A stretch of 64,000 nucleotides of DNA from Candidatus Hikarchaeia archaeon HikBin5 (GTDB lineage: Archaea; Halobacteriota; Halobacteria; Halobacteriales; Hikarchaeaceae): NCBI GenBank assembly GCA_009889625.1, contig WTZU01000002.1, forward strand, positions 12,472 to 76,471, given 5' to 3'. Shown piece by piece: positions 18,399-27,090 of the stretch. The notes beneath the pieces were generated by a model that saw only the letters and a list, made by a program, of their open reading frames with translations, was not told where the DNA came from and did no database searches. The translations under genes were made by a program, and so were the position numbers. Position 1 is the first letter of the stretch. Each line of letters begins with the position of its first letter.

Positions 18399-19418
18399 TT
18401 ATCGAGGAGGGGGATTTTTCCAAAAGTCCGAAGGGGGGATAAGAGAAATGGCTTTTTTGATTAATTGGGAAGGAGATAAGATTTCGGGCGTAATGATGGT
18501 GGACGGAGAGGGGGAAGGAAGGACATCGGAGGGCACATATAAGTAATGATCGGATTCGATATTAGTAGATAGATCGGATTTGCTGCATACAGTATTAAGT
18601 GGGATATTGAATTGTAACTTAATTTCATCTCTCAAACTTAATTGATTAGGCAATGAATAGCCGCAAGTTTCACTAGCATCGATGAAAAATAAAATGCAAT
18701 CTGCCACGTGTCTGAGTGCAGTTATAGCTTGTTTTTCTATATCATTTCGATCAGACATTGGTCGGTCTAACAGTCCAGGAGTATCTATTAATTGATATCG
18801 AAGGTAGTTGTATTCAATATGGCCTACTAGAACTCCACGTGTTGTGAAGGGGTATGAAGCAATTTCATTTCTGGCATTTGTCGTTACATTGACAAAAGAA
18901 GATTTACCAACATTGGGATAGCCAGCTACTACAATTGTTGGCAAATTGGGGTTTATTGTGGGCAAGTTTTTGAGAGAATGTCTAGCTTCAGATAATACTG
19001 TCAATTCATTTGAAATCCCCCGAACGACAGAGGCCATTCGTGCGAATGCTTGTTTCCTAATTATTCTTGATTGTTCAAGGTTTGTGCCTTTGAGTGAGCT
19101 TTGATATTCGCGGCCGATATCTTTTGTTTTGGTAGAGGCCCATTGAATTTTACCTAGACATTTTCTTAGAATGTCCACCTCAACAAGAATATCTGCTAGT
19201 TCATAATAGAAAGGATGGATAGAATCAAAATCTGGCCAGGTTTGTACAATATTATCAAGATTATCAGAAAGAATATTGGAAGATGTTTGAAGCATGGAAC
19301 GTTGGGCTTGTACACCATATTTTGCTTTTCCTGTTCGTGCTGCTTTTGAAAATGCCTTGTCCAAAAGTTCCTCAGAGGTTGGAGTAGTAGGCAGAGATTC
19401 AAACTCCATAAGATCCAT
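18399..19418 (-). CDS. NOG1-like GTP-binding protein
   Basis: An N-terminal NOG1-type helical domain is followed by VVAGYPNVGKSSFVN, DTPGLLDR and CSKSDL. Confidence 0.8.
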   Translation of the reverse strand: MDLMEFESLPTTPTSEELLDKAFSKAARTGKAKYGVQAQRSMLQTSSNILSDNLDNIVQTWPDFDSIHPFYYELADILVEVDILRKCLGKIQWASTKTKDIGREYQSSLKGTNLEQSRIIRKQAFARMASVVRGISNELTVLSEARHSLKNLPTINPNLPTIVVAGYPNVGKSSFVNVTTNARNEIASYPFTTRGVLVGHIEYNYLRYQLIDTPGLLDRPMSDRNDIEKQAITALRHVADCILFFIDASETCGYSLPNQLSLRDEIKLQFNIPLNTVCSKSDLSTNIESDHYLYVPSDVLPSPSPSTIITPEILSPSQLIKKAISLIPPSDFWKNPPPR

Positions 19419-19420
19419 GG

Positions 19421-20560
19421 TTAATCCCCGATTGTGGTTTCTTCGTAACGTGTATTATATTGACGTGCGGTGGTAACAAAAGTAGTACATTTTGAGAGTT
19501 GTTTGAGCTTCCTCGCCCCCACATAGGTGCAGGCACTTCGTATGCCTCCCAAAATGTCTTGGACTGTTTCTTTTACATTTCCTCGGTAGGGAACTAGAGC
19601 GGTCCGACCTTCGGAGGATCGATAATCTTTGAGCCCTCCAAAATGTTTCTCATTTGCGGTTTTAGAACTCATCCCATAGAATTCTATGAATTCTTTTTCA
19701 TGAACTACAGGGATGTAAGTATTAGTCTCTTCATTTAGTTGGTATTCACCGTCGCTGTAATACTTGGTAACTACATCCCCGCCGCCTTCATTATGGCCAG
19801 CTAGCATGCCGCCGATCATAACGAAATCTGCCCCCCCAGCAAAGGCTTTGACGACATCCCCGGGGAAAACGCAGCCACCATCTGCTATGATATGGCCATT
19901 TAATCCATGGGCTGCGTCGGCACATTCAATGACTGCAGAGAGTTGAGGGTAACCAACTCCAGTTTTGATTCGTGTGGTGCATACACTCCCAGGTCCAATC
20001 CCCACTTTAATTATGTCGGCCCCATTGAGGAGCAATTCTTGTGTTTGGTCTGCAGTGACTACATTTCCAGCTATAATTACTACATCAGAGTAAGCGTCAC
20101 GTAGAGATGAAATAAAATCAACAAAACGTTCAGAATAACCATTTGCCACATCTACGCAAACATATTTGAGATTAGTACCCACTGCCGTTTTGACAGAAAC
20201 AAATTTCTCAAGCTCTGGTTTCGTTATTCCAATGCTCATCGCCACAGAGTCTTTGAGATCGGGATGGGTGTTAAAGAAATCAATTAGTTCGTTGGCCCCA
20301 TAGGTTTTGATTAGGCAAGTGAAAAGTTGTTGCGAAGATAAGGCTTTTGCCATGGTAATGGTTCCAACCCCATCCATGTTTGCAGCCATAATTGGAATTC
20401 CATCATAATGTATATCAGTATTACGCACGCCAGTAGATAGGTAGTTTCGAAAACTGAAATTTCGTTTCAGATCAACTTTTTTTCGAGAGCCTAATGTGGA
20501 TCTCTTTGGACGGATTAAAACGTCTTCATATCCAAGTTTTGAATCAGTTTCAATACGCAT
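19421..20560 (-). CDS. guaC: GMP reductase (IMPDH/GMPR family, no CBS pair)
   Basis: MRIETDSKLGYEDVLIRPKRSTLGSRKKVDLKRNFSF and GADIIKVGIGPGSVCTTRIKTGVGYPQLSAVIECADAAHGL closely follow bacterial GuaC as I remember it. I prefer the ATG at 20560. Confidence 0.85.
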   Translation of the reverse strand: MRIETDSKLGYEDVLIRPKRSTLGSRKKVDLKRNFSFRNYLSTGVRNTDIHYDGIPIMAANMDGVGTITMAKALSSQQLFTCLIKTYGANELIDFFNTHPDLKDSVAMSIGITKPELEKFVSVKTAVGTNLKYVCVDVANGYSERFVDFISSLRDAYSDVVIIAGNVVTADQTQELLLNGADIIKVGIGPGSVCTTRIKTGVGYPQLSAVIECADAAHGLNGHIIADGGCVFPGDVVKAFAGGADFVMIGGMLAGHNEGGGDVVTKYYSDGEYQLNEETNTYIPVVHEKEFIEFYGMSSKTANEKHFGGLKDYRSSEGRTALVPYRGNVKETVQDILGGIRSACTYVGARKLKQLSKCTTFVTTARQYNTRYEETTIGD

Positions 20561-20680
20561 GTGGAAATACCTCGGCGTGAATCTCAAGAATGCAGATATA
20601 ATGTTTTATGGAATACATATACCAGGATAAATTAAAGAAAGTGCAAGTATAACTCTACTGGTTCTATTGTGATATAGAAA

Positions 20681-20971
20681 CTAATTTTGTCGGTCTTCTA
20701 GTTCTGTCAATAGGTCATCTATGTGTACGCCTTTCATAGATAAGAGAACCAACAAATGATATACTAGGTCTGCTGCTTCGCAGATCAATTCTTTGTTATT
20801 GTTATTTTTCGCTGCCAAGATCAATTCGGTAGATTCCTCTCCTATTTTTTCTAATACTGCATTTTCACCTTTTTCATGGAGAAATAAAGAGGAGGTATAG
20901 GAATTTTCCGGGAGATCTACTTTGCGCTGTTCGATCACATTGAAAAGTTGATCTAGAACGGATTGTTTCAT
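20681..20971 (-). CDS. hisE: Phosphoribosyl-ATP pyrophosphatase
   Basis: LDQLFNVIEQRK...SYTSSLF...KIGEESTELILAAKN...EAADLVYHLLVLL is the HisE/MazG-like pattern. Confidence 0.8.
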   Translation of the reverse strand: MKQSVLDQLFNVIEQRKVDLPENSYTSSLFLHEKGENAVLEKIGEESTELILAAKNNNNKELICEAADLVYHLLVLLSMKGVHIDDLLTELEDRQN

Positions 20972-21021
20972 GGGCCTGATGAGAATATTCATTCAAAATA
21001 TAATAGATTTTGGAAAATACC

Positions 21022-21645
21022 TTATTGATTGTTTTTTGAATTGGGAGTTGGATTTTCAAAGAATGCTAGATTGTGAATTCGCAAATCTAGAGTTAATTCG
21101 GGGTGGAAGGAAGTCCCCAATATATTGTCTTGACGGATGGCAACGGGTTTTCCTTCATACTCTGCCAGGATTTCTATATTTGGAGATACCTTTTCTACGG
21201 CAGGTGCACGTATGAAAACGGCAGGGAAGGGATCGTCAAGACCAATCACATTTAAATTGGTTTCTAAGCTATCGATTTGTCTGCCGAAAGCGTTGCGATT
21301 GATCGTTACATCCAACAAGTCTAGGGTTTTAACACGGGAGTCATTGGCATTGGAAGATGAGACTATCAATCCGGCACAAGTGACGAGTAGAGGTTTTCCA
21401 GACTGAGCATATGAAATGATTTCTGAATAAATCCCAGTTTGGTTAATGAGCCGAGATATGGTTGTTGATTCCCCACCAGGAATTGCTAAAAAATCACATT
21501 TTGGTATGATTCCTGTTTGTCTGATCGAGAATGTTTCAATAGAGACATTATGATATATTCCAAGTCTAGAAATTGCATCCATATGTTCACTCACATCTCC
21601 TTGGACACCGATTACGCCTGCAACTAGATTTTGTGAAGATGGCAT
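21022..21645 (-). CDS. pdxT: Pyridoxal 5'-phosphate synthase glutaminase subunit PdxT
   Basis: VIGVQGDVSEH, IPGGESTT, TCAGLI (catalytic Cys) and FHPELT motifs. Confidence 0.85.
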   Translation of the reverse strand: MPSSQNLVAGVIGVQGDVSEHMDAISRLGIYHNVSIETFSIRQTGIIPKCDFLAIPGGESTTISRLINQTGIYSEIISYAQSGKPLLVTCAGLIVSSSNANDSRVKTLDLLDVTINRNAFGRQIDSLETNLNVIGLDDPFPAVFIRAPAVEKVSPNIEILAEYEGKPVAIRQDNILGTSFHPELTLDLRIHNLAFFENPTPNSKNNQ

Positions 21646-21681
21646 TGAAGATTAATTAGTATTGAGGGCCACATATAGGGA

Positions 21682-21843
21682 TTAAATTGTCCAATTGAGT
21701 ACTAAGATCCCAAGACCAAATATGATACAAATTGCTAGTGCGGTTTTTGGATCCATTGTGATCGCTGTTTTGGATTCTGCGTCGAAATAGCGGACCAATC
21801 CTGCGCTCGACTGGAGTCCACCTGAGCTTTTTTGCTTTTTCAT
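21682..21843 (-). CDS. secG: Preprotein translocase subunit Sec61-beta (archaeal SecG)
   Basis: My own translation of an alternative frame gives 53 aa: [53 protein letters not shown]. It carries the SAGL(I/V)RY(F/M)D(E) motif and a C-terminal TM helix. The track's 68-aa ORF (21656..21862) is the wrong frame. Confidence 0.75.
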   Translation of the reverse strand: MKKQKSSGGLQSSAGLVRYFDAESKTAITMDPKTALAICIIFGLGILVLNWTI

Positions 21844-21955
21844 ACACATTCATTGGATTCAACTAGCCTAAATCTTTCGGGATGTGTGAATGCTTGACTT
21901 GAATCAGTGGGAAATCCTTATTCGGAGTGGGTGCATTAGCCAAAGGTAGGTAAAA

Positions 21956-22225
21956 ATGACTATAACTGTAAAAGATTTCTACGCTGATTGGTGTGGCCCA
22001 TGTAAAATGCAAGATCCTATTTTAGAAGAGTTAGAGAAGGAATGGGAAGGCAAGGTTATTTTCGAGAAAATCGATGTAGATACTAATCAAGATATTGCCA
22101 ATAAGTACCAAGTGAGATCGATACCAACTATTGTTATAGAAGATGAAGGAGGAGTAATCTCAAGGTTCGTTGGAGTTACTCAAAAAGAAGATTTGTCAAG
22201 TGTTTTTGAACAGAACAGTAATTGA
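21956..22225 (+). CDS. trxA: Thioredoxin
   Basis: WCGPC active site, 89 aa, and RSIPT (cis-Pro loop). Confidence 0.9.
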   Translation: MTITVKDFYADWCGPCKMQDPILEELEKEWEGKVIFEKIDVDTNQDIANKYQVRSIPTIVIEDEGGVISRFVGVTQKEDLSSVFEQNSN

Positions 22226-22235
22226 ACACAAAAAA

Positions 22236-22910
22236 TTACTTGAATTCTACGCCTAGATCTTTCAGATCTTTATTTGATTTGGAGATATTAATCAGGGTAG
22301 GGGTGATGCCCTCTACCTCTGCAGAATTTTCAAGCGCGCCGGCATCTATGGCTCGCAAGCCATTGATTTCATTAGATATCTCGATGACGATCTGTTTTGC
22401 AGAGGCATCATCTCCAACAACGAGTGTGTCAAAATTCAAAGGGTCGTCGAGATTAGATAGTCGGTGGGCAGGGAGTGTATGATATGCCCCAATTAGAGGG
22501 ACCCCATCTGGAGAAGCATCTGCTGCATATTCTGTGACGCTTCGACTAGAAGGAGGAGGAGAAGAATAGAAATTCCCAGCTTCACTTCGTTTTAAGCCGA
22601 CTGCGGGACTGACTATGATAGAAGTAGGAGAGATGGCAGATTCTATCGATTTGATGGTATCTACAATATAATAAGGAGGTACTGAAAGGACAATTATATC
22701 GGCCCCTTCAGTCATTTCACTATTTCCCCCTCCAAGAACAGTTCGTTCTTTTCCACGTTGGGAAAGTTCGGACTCATACTTTGCCGCGCTATCAATTCCT
22801 TTCTGAGGGTCTCGAGATCCTATTCGGATTTCATGATCAGTATCATGGGCCCATCTGAGTGCCAATCCTTCTCCAATATCTCCAGTTCCACCTATTAATG
22901 TGATGATCAT
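22236..22910 (-). CDS. npdG: NADPH-dependent F420 reductase-like protein
   Basis: MIITLIGGTGDIGEGLALRWA N-terminus and the size (224 aa) are typical of NpdG. Confidence 0.75.
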   Translation of the reverse strand: MIITLIGGTGDIGEGLALRWAHDTDHEIRIGSRDPQKGIDSAAKYESELSQRGKERTVLGGGNSEMTEGADIIVLSVPPYYIVDTIKSIESAISPTSIIVSPAVGLKRSEAGNFYSSPPPSSRSVTEYAADASPDGVPLIGAYHTLPAHRLSNLDDPLNFDTLVVGDDASAKQIVIEISNEINGLRAIDAGALENSAEVEGITPTLINISKSNKDLKDLGVEFK

Positions 22911-22979
22911 ATTATTGCTAAAAAGGTGGAGAATATGGACCCACCGGTTTTAATTTGGCCCATATAGGCAAGATGTGAG

Positions 22980-23840
22980 CTAAAAATCTAGCAGAACCTC
23001 GGGCAAATGGTTAATATCTGGAATGACTATGTCTGCTCCATTTTCTTTAAATAATTTTGTTCCAGATTTTCCAGATAGCCCACCAGTTAAAACTCCAATG
23101 GAATGGTAATTTTTAGAAGGATCGACTTTTTTTGCATTGGCTACTGTTTTGATATCATCGATTGTGTCGCCTACGAAAACTATCGAGGAGGAATCGAATG
23201 TTTTGGCTAGAGAGAGGAGCCCTTCTGGAGAGGGTTTTTTAGAAGGAGAATTTTCCATTGCCATTATATGGTTAGAAGGAATTTCGATGGACATATTATT
23301 GAGAACCATATCGACTTCAAAGAGAGGCCTACCGGTCAAAATTCCAACATTGAATTGATTCAAGAGTTTTTCAATTGTATAGGGTGCGATTATAATTTCT
23401 TCAGATAGATGGTAGCCAGGTACGTCAATGATGGGATGCTGTTGGAAACATTCTAAGAATTTATCTTTACCCAAATAGAGAGATTGGAACATGGCCCTTA
23501 CAGTGTGGGGATCCCACTCATCCTCTGCGTCGGACCCTATAGCCTCAGAAATGAGATTTTTAGTAACTGCAAGCCCACCTCCATTTTCTCCTATTTCATG
23601 GATTAAAGAAAGGAGGTCTCCAGGATAGCCATGGCGTATCGCTATAGTACACAGTATTCCCGCATCAGTTAATTCCCAATCGTTGTTAAATCCACCAGCA
23701 TTCTTCAATAATTGGATCCCATCAGGTGGGAATTCTTCACCGCTGAGGCTTTCGATGGTATCTGCAATGGCACGTCGGTATGATTCTGAGACATCCACTA
23801 GGACTCCATCTATATCTAGGATGACAGAATCTATCTGCAT
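22980..23840 (-). CDS. HAD-superfamily hydrolase (subfamily IA-like)
   Basis: Motif I ILDIDGVLVD, GGFNNDWELT, and motif IV FVGDTIDD. Confidence 0.7.
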   Translation of the reverse strand: MQIDSVILDIDGVLVDVSESYRRAIADTIESLSGEEFPPDGIQLLKNAGGFNNDWELTDAGILCTIAIRHGYPGDLLSLIHEIGENGGGLAVTKNLISEAIGSDAEDEWDPHTVRAMFQSLYLGKDKFLECFQQHPIIDVPGYHLSEEIIIAPYTIEKLLNQFNVGILTGRPLFEVDMVLNNMSIEIPSNHIMAMENSPSKKPSPEGLLSLAKTFDSSSIVFVGDTIDDIKTVANAKKVDPSKNYHSIGVLTGGLSGKSGTKLFKENGADIVIPDINHLPEVLLDF

Positions 23841-23882
23841 AATTATACAGATGTCACTTACAGATGTAAGAGTTTTTGATTT

Positions 23883-24431
23883 TTAATTAATTGCCCAATA
23901 GATAGTTTCTCCAGGGATTGTTTCAATTTGAACAGGTATTTCTGGAAAATCGTTTCCCAAAGTGGTAAAGAGGCATTTTGATCCAACTTTGGAAGCGACA
24001 TTAAAAAGTGGTTGGTGCAATTCTGGAGGGAGATTTAATGCATAGATAATTTCAGTATTAGAGTAAATTTCTAGAGTCGGATTGCATATATCATCGATGA
24101 AAAACTGAATTTTCTCGGAGACCTCACATGGATATATGTCCGTGGCGAATACAATCCTATTCTTAGAGAGGGCGTGGGCCACATCCATTCGAGAACCGAT
24201 TCCAACTTCAAGTAAGTTATCAAAGGGGCTAAGAATATTAAATATAGAGGTCGTTGAATCGGGATTCACGTCGGGAAGTTTATCTCTGGGTGATAATATC
24301 TTCTTCGTATGTTGGTCGAAATAATGCCCCTTGGGGATATGGAAGCTTCGATTAAGAGAGAAGTTTCTTCCGCTTTGAGGCATGTTTATGGGATGGAAAT
24401 TTCGTTCCAAGAGACAAGAGAAATGCCACAA
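23883..24431 (-). CDS. UPF0146-family (methyltransferase-fold) protein
   Basis: LLEVGIGSRMDVAHAL....VFATDI....DDICNP..EIY....IIYALNLPPELH fits the UPF0146 pattern. The start is uncertain: the ATG-bounded ORF overlaps divergent amzA, and a downstream GTG (VNPDS...) is possible. Confidence 0.55.
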   Translation of the reverse strand: MWHFSCLLERNFHPINMPQSGRNFSLNRSFHIPKGHYFDQHTKKILSPRDKLPDVNPDSTTSIFNILSPFDNLLEVGIGSRMDVAHALSKNRIVFATDIYPCEVSEKIQFFIDDICNPTLEIYSNTEIIYALNLPPELHQPLFNVASKVGSKCLFTTLGNDFPEIPVQIETIPGETIYWAIN

Positions 24432-24830
24432 ATGTTATATGAAAAATCTAGGAGCCAGTATAGGGCAGAAGGACTTCTAGAATTCATTGCCCAGAATAAG
24501 AAAGCTGATAAAATCATAGGTGTGACTGAAGAGGACATATACTACACAGGGAGGAACTATGTGTTTGGTTTAGCATACCTAGGAGGGAGTGCGTGTGTAG
24601 TATCGACGTATAGGTTAGAAAAGGAAATTCAAAGGGAATTTTCTGATAAAACTGATAAAGAAGTATTCATAGAAAGGACGAGAAAAGAAGTAGTGCATGA
24701 AATTGGCCATACGCTAGGGTTAGAACATTGTAGCAATAATAGATGCGTGATGTCGTTTTCTCCTACAGTATTGGATGTAGATAAAAAAGAAGAATATCTT
24801 TGTGGGGCCTGTAGAAGGGAACTATACTGA
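24309..24830 (+). CDS. amzA: Archaemetzincin
   Basis: HEIGHTLGLEHC zinc site followed by CVM....CGAC (second Cys4 zinc site). Confidence 0.85.
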   Translation: MLVEIMPLGDMEASIKREVSSALRHVYGMEISFQETREMPQMLYEKSRSQYRAEGLLEFIAQNKKADKIIGVTEEDIYYTGRNYVFGLAYLGGSACVVSTYRLEKEIQREFSDKTDKEVFIERTRKEVVHEIGHTLGLEHCSNNRCVMSFSPTVLDVDKKEEYLCGACRRELY

Positions 24831-24844
24831 ACGGAAAAGAAGTA

Positions 24845-26677
24845 TCAGTCAGGGGGCAAATAGTAATATTCTCCAGATTTTATTTGTTCTTTATCTTTCT
24901 GACTACCTGGTTTATTGACACGTGGTCGTTTTGTCCGCTCATCTCTACGGAAAGTAATCCCAAGTTCAGATAGGAATTCATTCATTCCAGTTCTCATGTC
25001 ATTTGGTGTGCTACAAATTCCAAATTCAGAGGGAGTTCCGCTGAAAACCAAGAGTCGGTTGACTAAGAGATCCAACATATAAATATCGTGATCAATTACC
25101 AGTACTGACGCGCCAGTATGTTCGGCGAATCTTCGAATTACCCTAGTGGCTTGGGAGCGTTGTTCAACGTCTAAATGGGCAGATGGCTCATCTAGGAGGT
25201 AGAGATCCGCGCTGGCAGATAGACAAGCTGCTATTGCAACCCTCTGCCTTTCTCCTCCAGAGAGATCTGAAAGGTTTTGACTCATCAATTTGTCCAATTG
25301 TAATGGTAATGCTATTTCCGTATTCCAATATGAAGTGCCAAATTCAGAAGTTATATTGGCCAAATGAGTATCTACTCGAATTGGGTCTTCAAATTCCAGA
25401 TACTGAGGTTTGTAGGAAATGGAAATGCTAGAATCGGAGGAGAATGAATCGGATTTTTGTTCTCCTGCAAGGATATTTGCAAATGTTGATTTCCCAATTC
25501 CATTTGGCCCGACTACACCGAGAACTTCATGTTGGTTGATAGTACCAGGTTCGACTGTTAAAGAAAATCCGGTTTCATAGGTCATTTCAATGCGAGGATA
25601 AGATAAGAGAGAATCGGTGTCTATATTTGTTTTTGGAGCCCTTTGATCGAAAGTTATACTTTGTGGTCGAATGCGCATATTTTCGTTTTTCAGAAAACCA
25701 GCGAGATATTCATTAATACCACTTCGAGTGGATTTTATGTCGGTTATTACTCCAAATGCACCTGCGGAGCCATATGCGATATGAATGGAATCTGCTATTA
25801 AATCAAGGATAGCTAGATCGTGTTCGACAACTAGAATAGATCGGTTTTCAGAAGTGGCCATGTTTCGAATAACATTTGCAGCTGCTACTCGTTGCCGTAT
25901 GTCAAGATACGGAGTTATTTCATCTAAAAAATAGAAGTCCACATCCCGAGCCAATGTTGCAGAAAGTGCGACGCGTTGGAGTTCGCCTCCAGAGAGGGTT
26001 TTAATGTCATTATCTAGTATGGATTTAAGAGATAAATCTTCAACTAACCCTTCCAATGCCCCTCTTTCATCTACATTCTCTAGAAGATTTCGAGCGGTGC
26101 CTTCAAATGCCCGAGGGATGGACTCAACATATTGAGGTTTGTGGGCAACTCGGATTGATTTTTCCTGGAGTCGTTCTAGGTAGTTTTGGAGTGAAGTTCC
26201 TTTATAATTAGAAATCACTGATTCGAAGGTAGCAGGTAAGGAGTAATCCCCTAAATTGGGAATTATACTCCCAGAGAGGACCTGTATAGAAGTTGTTTTT
26301 CCAATTCCATTTGGCCCAAGTAGGCCAATGACATTTCCAGGTTTTGGGGCAGGCAATCCATACAAAACAAATGTATTTTCCCCATATCGATGGATAGGAG
26401 ATTCGTTGAGTTCACTAGGTAGATTTATAATTTCTATTGCATCGAAAGGGCACCTTTTGACACAAATACCGCATTTTTCACCCAAGCAGATATCTTCAGA
26501 TATCCGAATTTGGTCGGGCTTTCCAACAAAAAGATCATTTGATTCATAGAAATCCCCACGGGTGACTATGCAGTCTTTCCCAGTTCTATTGGGGGGACAA
26601 TAATTTGCACATTCGTAATTGCACCTATCGGGTTGACAATGGTCCAGATTAACAACTGCAATCGATTTTTTTACCAT
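24845..26677 (-). CDS. abce1: Ribosome recycling ATPase ABCE1 (RNase L inhibitor homolog)
   Basis: N-terminal FeS domain (CQPDRCNYECANYCP, CGICVKRCP), two ABC cassettes (GPNGIGKTT, GPNGIGKST) and two LSGGE signatures. Confidence 0.9.
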   Translation of the reverse strand: MVKKSIAVVNLDHCQPDRCNYECANYCPPNRTGKDCIVTRGDFYESNDLFVGKPDQIRISEDICLGEKCGICVKRCPFDAIEIINLPSELNESPIHRYGENTFVLYGLPAPKPGNVIGLLGPNGIGKTTSIQVLSGSIIPNLGDYSLPATFESVISNYKGTSLQNYLERLQEKSIRVAHKPQYVESIPRAFEGTARNLLENVDERGALEGLVEDLSLKSILDNDIKTLSGGELQRVALSATLARDVDFYFLDEITPYLDIRQRVAAANVIRNMATSENRSILVVEHDLAILDLIADSIHIAYGSAGAFGVITDIKSTRSGINEYLAGFLKNENMRIRPQSITFDQRAPKTNIDTDSLLSYPRIEMTYETGFSLTVEPGTINQHEVLGVVGPNGIGKSTFANILAGEQKSDSFSSDSSISISYKPQYLEFEDPIRVDTHLANITSEFGTSYWNTEIALPLQLDKLMSQNLSDLSGGERQRVAIAACLSASADLYLLDEPSAHLDVEQRSQATRVIRRFAEHTGASVLVIDHDIYMLDLLVNRLLVFSGTPSEFGICSTPNDMRTGMNEFLSELGITFRRDERTKRPRVNKPGSQKDKEQIKSGEYYYLPPD

Positions 26678-26679
26678 GA

Positions 26680-26976
26680 TTAAAATGAGACATTAGCAGT
26701 TAGTAGGAGAGTCCAAGTAACAAACCACATTGTAAATGTCATGAAGGATACATAGAAATGATCTTTTTTCGAGAATCCCGAAACATCTACTCCAATTAAT
26801 TGCATAATGCCTAGTCCCAAAATTAAACTGGTGATTAATAGGGGCAAGATAGTTAAAATATCAGATGGCCCACTAGAAAATATATGAGTAACTACAGCTG
26901 CAGCTATTCCTACAATTGTAGAAGTCCCTGTTGCTCGAAGGCTTCGGATGTGCGCTGCACGTTTCGAAAGTGTCAT
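26680..26976 (-). CDS. Small membrane protein (hypothetical, 3 predicted TM)
   Basis: 98-aa hydrophobic ORF ending 2 nt upstream of the ABCE1 start, so probably co-transcribed. Confidence 0.45.
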   Translation of the reverse strand: MTLSKRAAHIRSLRATGTSTIVGIAAAVVTHIFSSGPSDILTILPLLITSLILGLGIMQLIGVDVSGFSKKDHFYVSFMTFTMWFVTWTLLLTANVSF

Positions 26977-27090
26977 TAATTATTTGAGGAGTGGACTAGT
27001 AAAAGACCCTTTTTATTATAAAATCAAAGGTCTGAGCAAGGAGAGAAACGGTCTGTTTATTGAAAGGAGAGAACAGCTATAGAGTATTAG

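Noticed and set aside
21656-21862. 68-aa ORF from the track ([15 protein letters not shown]...).
   Set aside because: It has no recognisable features. Another frame on the same strand encodes a textbook Sec61-beta (21682..21843), so the longer ORF is a frame artefact.
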